DNA of 63,521 nucleotides, the filler included, from Licmophora abbreviata (taxonomy: Eukaryota): the NCBI GenBank assembly GCA_900291995.1. It is 14 parts of 14 records of this genome, joined end to end, with 100 filler letters (N's around TTAATTAATTAA, not from the genome) between each part and the next. Parts side by side here need not be neighbours in the genome. Positions count along the whole stretch, not along the records: positions 43,806 to 48,181 come from OLMU01004275.1; positions 48,282 to 50,075 come from OLMU01004276.1; positions 50,176 to 53,950 come from OLMU01004277.1; positions 54,051 to 58,017 come from OLMU01004278.1; 10 more parts are not named here. One strand, written 5' to 3'. Shown here piece by piece: positions 46,967 to 58,117 of the stretch. Position 1 is the first letter of the stretch. The number at the start of each line of letters is the position of its first letter. The position numbers and the translations under genes were made by a program. The notes beneath the pieces were generated by a model. That model saw only the letters and a list, made by a program, of their open reading frames with translations, was not told the DNA's origin and ran no database searches.

Positions 46967-47306
46967 TTTTGAAACGAAACTAGGTTCCGGTCAATGATAC
47001 AATGGAACAACGCACGCAGAGTAGAGTAAAAAGTACGACAATCATGGTTCTTGTTGGGATGCGACAGAACGTCAAGATCGAACCTCTCGTTGTCGTATGG
47101 GACCTTGCACATGCGCCACGTGGAAGAGAGCCAATTTGCTCGGATTCCATACAAGGACGTTTCAGTCGTGCTTGAGATGTGAAGTTCCAAAAACGTGAAG
47201 TTCCAAAAGCATGCAATCATCGCAATATCAACATACTTCACCATGACGAGGATGCAAACGCCGGTGATACAGTGCGCCTCGTAGACATCTATACTACAGT
47301 TGAAAA

Positions 47307-48181
47307 ATGCCTTATTCCGAAGAGTCTTCTCGTCTTCCTGCAGATTCGCCCGCTGCTGCTGCGGAAGTTTCCTTGGCCGCGAGTACTACTACTACTACTA
47401 CTGCCACTGCCACTCCTGCCAACCTTCGCAGCTGGACAATATCTTCTTCTTCTTCCTCTTCTTCTCCTACTTCTCCTTTGGAATGTTTGTTTACACTCCT
47501 TGTCCTCGTAGTTTTGGTCCTTCCCATTTTCTTGTTCTTGTCGGTCGTGTGTTTTATTCCCTTTTTGTCCATGTGTCTTTGCGGAGTCTGCTATCGGTTG
47601 GAGGGTGCTACTACCGGTGGTACGAATAGTACCGAGGAGGAGGAGGATGTTGCAAGGATGATACATGCTACTACAACAAACAACCATGGACCGCTTCTAC
47701 GCTCCGATTTGGCATTCTTTCGGACACTGGCGGATCAGTATCTCACTGCTACTACTACTACTACAATCACTGGTATAATGATGATGATAATGATGATGCT
47801 ACACGGATGGCACGAGAGCAAGTCTGTCAACAGATTCGACTCAAGCGAATCCAAATACAATTACCATCTGTGGGAGACAAGACAGAAGAAGAGTTGGATA
47901 CTGACATTGAAACTGGACATGGTGATGATCCTGCTTCTTTGGAAGGCCTGCCCATTCATCGACTCGATACTACTTCGACTACTACCTTTCCACACTGTGA
48001 CATTTGTCTCGAGGCCTTTCAAACGAACGATGTTCTTGGAACGTCGGATGCATGTCGACATATCTTTCACAAGGACTGTATATTGGACTGGTTGTGCAAT
48101 CAAAAGACCTCGTGTCCGTCGTGTCGAAGTGTCTTTGTCATACGAAAAGACGCACAAGAACCAACCTTGCTGTTGGAGCAA
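47307..48181 (+). CDS. Membrane-anchored RING-H2 E3 ligase; frameshift near 47766, 3' end in gap
   Basis: TM helix in ORF 47307 and CDICL...CRHIFHKDC..W...CPSCR in ORF 47807. Confidence 0.8.
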
Positions 48182-48282
48182 NNNNNNNNNNNNNNNNNNN
48201 NNNNNNNNNNNNNNNNNNNNNNNNNTTAATTAATTAANNNNNNNNNNNNNNNNNNNNNNNNNNNNNNNNNNNNNNNNNNNNC

Positions 48283-49356
48283 ATTGTCATCAAGGGCCTT
48301 TCCGGTACTGTCAAGGCCGACAAGAACAACGACTTTCTCTTTGATCCAAGGAAGAATCCTGAAGCCTTCGATGCCGTTCATACCTTTGTCGTTGTGAGGC
48401 AGGTTCTGACCATGTATCAACGAGCCATGCGTCGCATGGGGCACAGTAGTAGCAAAGAGGAACTCACCTGGCAGTGGAAGAATGGCCCGATTCAAGTCTG
48501 GCCACGTGCAGGAGTGGACAAGAACGCATATTACAGTCGAAATGAGAAGGCCATCAAGTTTTTCTACTTTCACGACAGGAACACCAAGCAGCAGGTCTAT
48601 ACGAATCGTTCCTTTGACGTGGTGGCGCATGAATGCGGCCATGCCATTCTGGATGCATTGCGTCCAAACTACTGGAACAGCTGGCATCCACAGACTGGAG
48701 GTCTACACGAAGCCTTTGGGGACATTACGGCAATACTGACTATGCTGTCCCAGCTCGATCAATGTGAGGCAATCATTACCTATTCCAAGTCCGACCTTCA
48801 CGTCAAGACCTTCTTCAGCAGTGTCGCCGAGCAGTTTGGTGAGGCACTCTATGGTCATCGACAGGGTCTGCGCAACGCTGACAACAACCTGACGTTATCC
48901 GATGTCTCGGAGCAGGTTCACGACATTTCTCAAGTCTTCACCGGAGCCTTCTATGACATCCTTGCCGATCTCTTCGAGGACTTGCGCGACCCCCTGTTGC
49001 ACGACGATGCCAGCGTGCTCTTTCGCGTCGGCGAACACATGATGGATCTCATTATCGAGGCACTCCTCCGAGGACCCGCTCAGAATGCAACCTTTGCCGA
49101 CATTGCCAACAAAATGATTGGCGTAGAAAGCAACGCGTCATGGAAGAAAATTATTCGAAAGCACTTTGAGGTTCGCAAGGTACTCGGTCGTGATATGGTC
49201 AAGCCGATTCGAAAGCCAATAGCGGCAGGTGTGATGAAATGGCAAGCATGCCACTGCTGTCTCGCAACCAAAGAGCATGTGGAAGCCGTTGAGACGGCAA
49301 TCAAGGAACAGCAGAGCAAAGGATGGTTCCGAAGAAGCGCCAAAGCATCGGTGTAG
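48283..49356 (+). CDS. Gluzincin zinc metallopeptidase (M4 thermolysin/M36-like), 5' truncated
   Basis: NAYYS, DVVAHECGH (HExxH), GGLHEAFGD (third ligand) and QVH. The frame is open from 48283. Confidence 0.88.
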   Translation: MVIKGLSGTVKADKNNDFLFDPRKNPEAFDAVHTFVVVRQVLTMYQRAMRRMGHSSSKEELTWQWKNGPIQVWPRAGVDKNAYYSRNEKAIKFFYFHDRNTKQQVYTNRSFDVVAHECGHAILDALRPNYWNSWHPQTGGLHEAFGDITAILTMLSQLDQCEAIITYSKSDLHVKTFFSSVAEQFGEALYGHRQGLRNADNNLTLSDVSEQVHDISQVFTGAFYDILADLFEDLRDPLLHDDASVLFRVGEHMMDLIIEALLRGPAQNATFADIANKMIGVESNASWKKIIRKHFEVRKVLGRDMVKPIRKPIAAGVMKWQACHCCLATKEHVEAVETAIKEQQSKGWFRRSAKASV

Positions 49357-49492
49357 GAGCGACGAGGCAATCACGGCGAAGGCTACATTCTGAAGTTTTA
49401 GCATGCACGGTTCGATGTCACAATGTACTCCTACCTTCATTACAGATAGTGTAGCGTAGCTCGAGTCGTAATTAGGTATCGTGTTGTTCTAG

Positions 49493-51001
49493 CTACTTGC
49501 TCTTCTGCGCGGCGCTCTCTACTGTCGTTTTCTCGAACTCCTTTGCTTGTTGCGACAAGTTTTCAAACGCCTTGGAGGCTTGTCCCAATTCCTCATTGAC
49601 GAACAGCACTTGCGCCTTGACACCATTGACCACATTGCCTCGCAACCGTGTCGCTTGCGCTTGTACCTGCTGTTCCGTCTGCAGCGCCACCTTGCCCGCA
49701 AACTTTTCCCGCAGCAACAAGGCCTCTCCGCCACCCGCGGACGGAGGACACGTATTGTCGGTCAGGGCAAAGTCCTTGTCAAAATCGAATCCCACCTTGT
49801 TCGCTGCCACACGCAGTCGCGGAAGCAATTCCTCTGGCAGTTTGCTCGCTCGCGAGTAGACTACCACACCACCGTAGCCCTCCCACGCATCGTTGTTACC
49901 ACGATAGTACACAAAGGCAAAGGGTGGAGTCTTGGAGGGGTTGTTGTCATACTCATAGTCCAGAATCCACCAATCGTCTTCGTAATGCAAGTACTCATTG
50001 TCGTGATTGATGAGATGCGCCGGCTGTTTGGGATCCTGGATGAATCGTTGCACTGCATCGCGCGTGAAGAATTCANNNNNNNNNNNNNNNNNNNNNNNNN
50101 NNNNNNNNNNNNNNNNNNNTTAATTAATTAANNNNNNNNNNNNNNNNNNNNNNNNNNNNNNNNNNNNNNNNNNNNAGTTTGCCGTAGAACTTGCCCGGTT
50201 CCGTGTTGGTGAAGAAATGAACCTGACACGGAAAGGTGTCGAAGAGCTTGTTCTGTCCCGCTGTAATGTACCACTTTCCGTCAAAGAGTTTCGTATCGAA
50301 ATTTTGTACCAACTTTTCGTTCGCGGGCACCGGGTAGCTCCCATCGTCTGCCTTTTTCGGAACACAGTCCATGTCACTGACCGCACACTTGTTGAAGTCT
50401 CCCACGACATCATTTTCGAAGAGATTCCCGCATTCGATTTGGCATCCCGTTTCGTCTTCCTTTCCATTGCAAGAGTTGATGCAAATAACGTTGGCCATGC
50501 AAAAGGGGTTCGAGATACATTTGGCAAGGGGGAGTCGACACTTTTGCAGCAAGCACAGTCCAATGGCGGCCCCGTCAGCGGCGACTCAGGGAGAATAGTG
50601 TTGGCGGTGGTCCACGTGCCGACTGTCAAGGCCAAGGCAAAGAAAGTAGACTTGCATGCTTGCTGAAGCGTCTGGACAAGAGGGTTCGTCTTGGAAAGGC
50701 TGCTGCTGCTGGGTTCCACAACACTAAAAGAAGAATGCCGATCGTCTTTACTGATGCTGTCGTCGTCATTCGGAAATGCTTGCAGCTGCACACATGATGC
50801 TTCACTCGAAAACGCTCTTGACAAAGGTGCTGACGGGCGAACAACAGCAGCAGAGTGCCTACTACTGCTGCGTACCGGCGAATGTGGTCGAAGTACCCAC
50901 GCCAAGGCTGACGAGGGAAGCATGAGGCAGCAACACAGGTAGAAAACTGCCAGTACCACCACCGACAAGCATCGACTCGATGGACAAGATGATCGCATCA
51001 T
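49493..51001 (-). CDS. VDE: Violaxanthin/diadinoxanthin de-epoxidase; spans the 50076 gap, frameshift near 50587
   Basis: Cys-rich domain [13 protein letters not shown]...CMANVIC, lipocalin GKWYITAG and [35 protein letters not shown] and TDNTC. Confidence 0.93.
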
Positions 51002-51675
51002 GATGGGCGATGATGTTTGTTTCGAGCGCGATGGATGATCTACACCGGTATGTTTCGACCCAATTTTGAGTGTTCTTCAATTCTCGAAAATCAAGCAAAA
51101 CAGAAATCAAAACTCTGCTGTGTTGAGACGGTAAATATGAAAACGAACGGCCCTTTGATCACACACTCGCGCAGAAACACTCTGAGAAAGCAACAGGTAT
51201 GCTGTGTAGTATGAATGAATAGTCCTTGATGGCGCTGTGATGGCATCATCATCCTCTTGGATCGCGTCGTTGTCCTGATCTTTCTCTGTGTTTGTGGCTG
51301 TGGTACGTCATCGACCAGTTGAGTCGAACTTGTCGACATACATTTAAATGTATTAAACGTTGTTTATAATGAAATGATCTTAGATTCCTTAGCTGTGTAA
51401 ACGATAAAACCACATACACTCTCTTGTCAATATTCCATTTTCAGACGCGTGGATTTAACACGCACTTTGCCGCCAAATCAGCATGCTTCGCTTTCTCACA
51501 ACACAATACGAGAAATTGCTTCGGTGGCAGACATCTGCCGTCATTCCGTCTTCTGACTCTCGGTCCGGTGCACACATCTGCTCAATTCCGCTCACAGTTT
51601 GAAGACTTAGGACTGCAGCTTAGTCTGGTCGTCTCTTAGAAGCAGTAGAGACCAATAGGCTACAATACAGTGACC

Positions 51676-53626
51676 ATGACGACGAGGAGACTACTTGTCT
51701 CAGTTTTCGCAATTTTGCTAATTGCCCTCAGTATTCCGGCCACGACCTTTGGTTTTGCTCCGGTTCCTCGGACTGCAAGGTACGGCGCTGCAATCTGGTT
51801 TCAGCATGCCAGTTTAGTCACTGGGAGGACAAAACGACGGATCGTTCGATTCTTTGCCAGCGTGTATGCTTGGCCTCTCTCTCTCTCTCTCTCTCCCAAT
51901 TGTACTTACACAACCTTCGTCCGTTCTCTTGCACACTATTCTCTCTCTCTCTCTCGCAGTTTCTCTCGTGTTTCGTCCTCCTCCACCACCTCTCCTACTG
52001 CTGCTTTTTTCGCTGCCTCTATCGAAGGCAACAGCAATGGGACTCCTGTAGAAGTATCAGAAGATCTTCTCGTGGACGACATTTCGGCAGAGAATCCGCT
52101 GCGCGTCATGATTGCCGGTGCCGGCGTGGGCGGCCTGTGTTTGGCCAGCGTCTTGAGGGACAATCCCTTGATTGACGTGACCGTCCTCGAACGGACGGAC
52201 GAATTCAAACGCTTCGGTGGTCCTATTCAGCTCGCGAGCAATGCTCTGGAAATATTGAAAACGGCAGATCCGACCGTCTTTGAGCAAGTCATGCGCAAAT
52301 TTACATTTACGGGAGACAAGGAGAATGGTATCAAGGATGGGATTCGGGATGAGTGGTATGCCAAGTTTGATTTGGCGACTCCGGCGGAGAATAGGGGTAT
52401 GCCGTATACGGGAGTGATTGATCGACCGGATTTGCAAGATGTCTACTTGAAGACCTTGTCGGAGCATACGGTCCGCAATGGCGATGGCGTCGCATCGTAC
52501 GTGCAGCACGACAATGGCAGTGTCACGGTGACGACTCTCAAGGGAATGGAACACACTGGAGATGTCTTGATTGGTGCCGATGGCATCTGGAGCTCGGTCC
52601 GGGCCACGATGCGCGATGAACCGGCCAAGGGCGATGAGAGCGGTGCGACCTATTCGGGGTACACTTTGTTTGCGGGAGAACTTGCGTATGACTCGTTCGA
52701 TCATGGGAAAGTCGGATACAAGGTTTACATTGGTCCTTCTCAGTACTTTGTTATTACCGATGTGGGCAACGGAAACTACCAATGGTACGCCTTCTTGGGA
52801 AGGGAACCAGGAAGTGCGGATACGATTGAGAAGCCCGAGGGCACGTCGCAATACATTCAAGACTTGTTTGTGGGATGGAGCAAGGATATTCATCATATAT
52901 TGCAAGCGACAAAAGAAGAAGAGATTCAGCAACGTGATTTGTATGATCGTCCGCCGAGTGTCATGAAAGAGTGGACGAAAGGCAATGTAGCGTTGCTCGG
53001 CGATAGTATCCATGGTGAGTCGTGAAATGATCGTGTGTTGATTCCGTCGTTCGATCAAATTCTCACCTGACGTTTACCTACTTGTATTAGCCATGATGCC
53101 GAACCTGGGTCAAGGAGGCTGTCAAGCTATGGAAGATGCCATGGTATTGGCAGAGGAGCTGCAGTCGGCCACGAAACGGTCGCAAGTCGAAAAGCTGTTG
53201 GTCGAGTATCGTCAGCGACGACTGATTCGCAGCGCCGCGGTCCAGGGCCTCTCCCGATTCGCAAGCGACATTATCATTCGCGGCTTCGACACACCGGCCA
53301 AGATTGTTCGAGACGAAAAGACGGGTGCGATTCGATTTGAGAATTTCAATTATGCAGGTGTTGTGACCCGACTGCTGCAACCGATCCTTCCGCTCTTCTT
53401 CAATGTTCAGTTCAACTTTTTGTACGAGGGATGGAGGAATGAAATGATTGTGGACTTGCGAGCGGCCGTAGGATTGGGATTGCTAGGTAGCCTGATTCTG
53501 GCGGTGGCATTTTTGGCACTCGAAGAGGCTGGAATTGGACTTGCAGGGCTGGTGGAAGTGCTTTCGGGTGGAGAAGCCTTTGAAGCGGCTCTCGTGAGCA
53601 TTCGAGAGCTGTTGGGATTCATGTAG
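51676..53626 (+). CDS. ZEP: Zeaxanthin epoxidase, ZEP3-like; exons 51676-51779, 51960-53014, 53091-53626
   Basis: TFG|FAP presequence, GAGVGGL FAD motif, GGPIQLASNA, GADGIWS and LLGDSIHAMMPNLGQGGC. C-terminal TM segment. Confidence 0.93.
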
Positions 53627-54145
53627 CGAATCATAGTAAGCGTTTCATCGTACAAGCCTTTGGAAACACGTTCTGGTACTCGAGCGGGTTCTAGACTAGC
53701 TCCTCTGGCGAATTGGCGTCTTTCTGCCCATGAGACAGATCAACTTGAATGCGTATCATACGAGACGCACGTTTGACATGAGTCACGAGTGAGATCAGAA
53801 CAACAAGTCACGAGTCGAGAACAAACATACTCGTACACTCGTCACTGAACATTCCAAAACTGATGTCACGTGTCATGTTGAATGTGTCACTCACGTTGAT
53901 GTGCTCGCCTGTTGACAGTACCATTCATCTTTCGGGCCTCAAAGGAGGAGNNNNNNNNNNNNNNNNNNNNNNNNNNNNNNNNNNNNNNNNNNNNTTAATT
54001 AATTAANNNNNNNNNNNNNNNNNNNNNNNNNNNNNNNNNNNNNNNNNNNNTGTTGAATGTGTCACTCACGTTGATGTGCTCGCCTGTTGACAGTACCATT
54101 CATCTTCCGGGCCTCAAAGGAGGAGCTGAAATATACTGATTCACG

Positions 54146-55962
54146 ATGACTTTGACGGTTTGTGTGGGTACGTGCTGGGCTGATGAAGCGTCCTCTTGCG
54201 GACTTCCTTCTTGCTTGTGTCTTTTTCTTTCGCTCACCCGCCTGTATCCTCTTGTTTCGCCCGTATCTTTGAAAACCTGTCACCCTCCCCCAGGAGCTTC
54301 CGGAAGCGGGAAGACCACATTCTTGAATGACGTGCATAGGCAGCACAAGTGCACCTACATTCGTCAGTATCACAGTGTGCGACCGTACGTGGTCGTAGCC
54401 AAGATCCCCAACTTTCGTCCGGCGGAGCTCCCCTACTGGGATGTTTACGTCAAGGAAGGCAAGGACCAATCGATTCCCTGCGGTGGGACCATGGCGGGAG
54501 AATTCACGGCAGGTTTGAGTGGAGGACAGCGGAAGCTACTACTCTTCGAGCTCATCTATCAGCGTACTCTGGATCAGACCGAACTTTTGATCTGTCTCGA
54601 TGAGCCCTTCGCGGGCGTCACGGATGACTTTGTGCCCTTCATCGTGGGACGGCTCAACGAGATGCGCCAGAGGCACAACATTCTGCTCGTCACGAACGAT
54701 CACGTACAGCTCCTGACGGAAATGAGCGACAACACCATTACGGTCAGTGCGATCGACCGATCCACTGTGAAAATCAACGACCATCTAGCCGTCGATAGGG
54801 ACAAGGCCCTGCTGTCCATGTCAGTTGGCGACGACTATGCCTACAGCGCCAGCAGTGACGACCTCAAGTTCTTTTTTGACGTGGAGGTTGTGAGGAATGG
54901 TAATCTGATTGGCGTTGCGGTATTCACCACTATTGCGTTTGCGCTCTTCCTCGCCACTTTTTGGAACTCCAACGAAGAGTCTGCCGCACTGGTGCTGGTG
55001 GCCGGTGGGATCATTTCGTATTTCTGTGTCAACCCCTACTTGCTCGCTCTTGTGGATTGGAGAAACTTTATGCAAGAGGAAGCAGAAGCCTTGATGCATT
55101 CCAGCAAAGCAATGAATAAGGCCTTGAAAACGGCGTTGACCACCTTGATCATTGTCATCATTTCATTGCTCGAGTACGGATGTGTGAATGGCGTCATGTA
55201 AGTGGTGTGCCAAGCACTGGACCTGGAATAATTGAATAATATCTGTCCTCGCTAACGCTGTCTTTGATCTCTGTTTCATTGTATGCGAAAACAGCAACGG
55301 CTTGGAGTCGTCGTATTATCTTGCAGCCATGTTTTTCGATTCCGGTAGCATGACGTTTCCGATGATTTGTCTAGGATTGTACTCGCCGCTGCCATTCCAG
55401 GCCGTGCAGATATTGGGAAGTTTGCCTTTTCTCATGATGATTTTCTTTAGTACGACCTTCAGTCCAGGCTCGGGAGTTGAGTTCTTCAAGGAATTTCGCT
55501 ACCTGTTTAGTCGATTCTACTTTGTGAGTTAAAATGGCGATGGGGCGTTTGTGGTGCTTCAATCTAGAATTCGGTATGCGTTGTGTTGTTGATGCGCGCG
55601 CACTGACTTTTCTCCTTCTCTTTCCCCGTCCACAGTGGTGCAAGGTGCCTATTGTTGAGGATGACATGGAGGGCTGTCCTTCGGACGACCTCAACATACT
55701 CTTTCTCATTCTAAGTGGTCTCCTTGGTCTCTTCCTTTTCATGTGCGTCAAGGTCTTGTTGTATTTCCGCCACAAGACGAAACAGGCAGCTAGAGAAGAA
55801 GAGAAACGACTCTCGATGCACGACAAGGAATTCCATGCTCTTCAAGTTGAGCTGTATGGCGGTGAGAAGGATCTGCGTCGTCTCCAGCACCTTCAAAGCT
55901 CCAAGATGTCGAAAAGTGACAAGATTGAACCGGAACCAGTGGGCGACGAGCCGGAGCCGTAG
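54146..55962 (+). CDS. ABC half-transporter (NBD-TMD, ABCG-like topology); exons 54146-54167, 54294-55197, 55295-55523, 55636-55962
   Basis: Walker A GASGSGKT, LSGGQ, Walker B ICLDE and about six TM helices. Three in-frame GT-AG introns. Confidence 0.85.
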
Positions 55963-56233
55963 GCATGAGCATATCGAATCGAGCAACATTGCTAGACTAC
56001 CGGTACTTCGTATGATATAAGCAAAAAGCTAGCAAGACATTAGTGCCAGACCGAGTGTAACTTAGCATCAGGTTTGATTTATCGATAGTTATCTATTATG
56101 TTCAAACAGACCATTGGAGAGGCAACGGCATGAAGGGCTGTGTTAATATACATTGCAGTTCAGTTCGGGGATGCGTATGTCGCTGTGAGCACTGGCAATG
56201 TTAGCTCGCTCTTTAGAGACATGCTTGTAAGAG

Positions 56234-58017
56234 CTAAAACGCGCTGTGGTCGGGGATTCGAGCAAAGACGAATATCGTACCGCGATGTCCACGGCACACG
56301 CGCATCGATTGGTCCAAGTAGAGCACATCCATGTAAGCGACTCCGTGACCGCCGAGCGGTCTCGAAAAGGTAAATTCAAAGCTACCGTCCTCAGGATTCA
56401 TCTCCTTTGGCACTTCAGCTCCCATGAGTAAGTTGGCTGCCAGCACTCGAACCTTCTCGCCCAAGGTCCGTTGTGGCTGATGGGCGCCAAATAGACGTCT
56501 CCATTCTTGCTGGTCGTCGGGATCGTCGTTCGGTGCAATCTTTCCGCCCGTGAACCAAATGGATAGCCGGTTCGGCACGGCGGGATCGGGTAAGACATAG
56601 CCGTACGTCGTCATGATACCCTTGATGGGACGGCGGACCTTCTTGTTGGGTGCGTCAGGAAAGGCAGCCATGTGCGGCTCAATCGTAAATGCCGAGACGA
56701 TGCTATAGTAGGGACAATGAATAACACAACCAAAAAGAAGATGTGCACACGTCAGAAGAATTCTCAAGGCGTAGCAAGTCAACCCTTAACGACACAGAGA
56801 ACCACAGCAAGCAACTTACTTGTACGTCCTAAGAACATGGTTTCCCATCATGACCTCGTCGACCAAAGCTTTCGGTACCTTGTTTTCTAGAGTGTGTTGT
56901 CGTTCCGCCTCGGGGACGACATGTACAGGATTAAAGTTACCTTGGAGACTCACCACCAACTGCGTCGGTAGAAACATGTCAAAGGCCATGCGCCCCAGCG
57001 TGTACATGGGATCCCCTTCATTGTTCTCGCCCAAGTTCCCAAAGAAGGTAGGCTTGGACAGCGTGAGCCACATGCCCTCGACCTGCAGCTCGGCGTTGGC
57101 ATGCGGCTGCCGGGCATCCCATCCGAGCTCGCGGTAGTGCTTCCAGAGCGGCACCAGAGCACGCTTGAAGGGACGGCTGTTGACGTCGCCACCTGCAACG
57201 GCAAGGAGTTCCAACAATTTGTCCTTGGCACCTTCAATGTCATAGCAGGGAGCTGCTGAGACGGTACTGGGGAGCGATACAGCCGAGACGCTGCCGGTGG
57301 AAGAAGAGGTTGTGCTTGTACTACTTTCGTAGCCCGACTCTTCTGCTCCGGCGATGCGTCGACGGTGTGACACGATCGACGAAGAAGCAGATGGGAGAGT
57401 GAGAGGTGACGGTGATTCGACAAAGTAGGACGGCGAGTCATGACGACGACTGCGTTGTTGTGGGGCGGGAGAGTCGGGACGAGACGAATGCTTGGGAGCT
57501 TCAAAGTCATTGTTGTTATCGGGAGGCAAGACGCATTCTGGAAGTTGTAGCGGAGAAATGTCTGGTTGTGCTTCGACATACTTTGACACGGGACGTAGTA
57601 GCGGTGTCCCTGTAGGCTGGCGGAAGGTAGTACGATGCGCAGGTCCTTCATCCTCCGAAGTCGTCAAGCTCCATGCGTCGTCTTGGGCACCACCACTTGT
57701 ACATGGACTGCTCTCGTTGCTGCCACGCAAGGAGGGGTTCTTGGCTCCTCCCTCTCGATCGAGTAGAAAGTCCGACTCTTGAGAGTCAAAGTGCTGCCAG
57801 TCGTTGGCATCGTGCGGCTGCGTATGTCCCAATTCGCCTTGAAGCGTCCAGCGACGATGCCATTCTTCCGATTGCTGCAGGGCAGCTCGATGCGCCTCCG
57901 GGGGCAGTTGCTCTTGGACACACTGTTCTTGGAAGTCTCGCAAGAGACGAGGGTGGATCGTAGTAGCTTTGAGAGCGTGAGGTTTGTATAAATGATGAGG
58001 AGGAGGAGGAGGATGTG
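56234..58017 (-). CDS. PAP/fibrillin-like lipocalin-fold domain protein with disordered N-terminus, 5' truncated; intron 56819-56703
   Basis: VEGMW and C-terminal MDVLYLDQSMRVCRGHRGTIFVF fibrillin-type motif. Confidence 0.7.
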
Positions 58018-58117
58018 NNNNNNNNNNNNNNNNNNNNNNNNNNNNNNNNNNNNNNNNNNNNTTAATTAATTAANNNNNNNNNNNNNNNNNNNNNNNNNNN
58101 NNNNNNNNNNNNNNNNN

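Noticed and set aside
52057..53058. Long antisense ORFs (also 279-1043, 5344-5958, 16489-17058, 42695-43468)
   Set aside because: They are shadows of well-supported genes on the opposite strand and carry no recognisable motifs.
53876..54125. 75-bp direct repeat as an LTR or target-site duplication
   Set aside because: The copies sit exactly on either side of a linker, which indicates an unmerged contig overlap.
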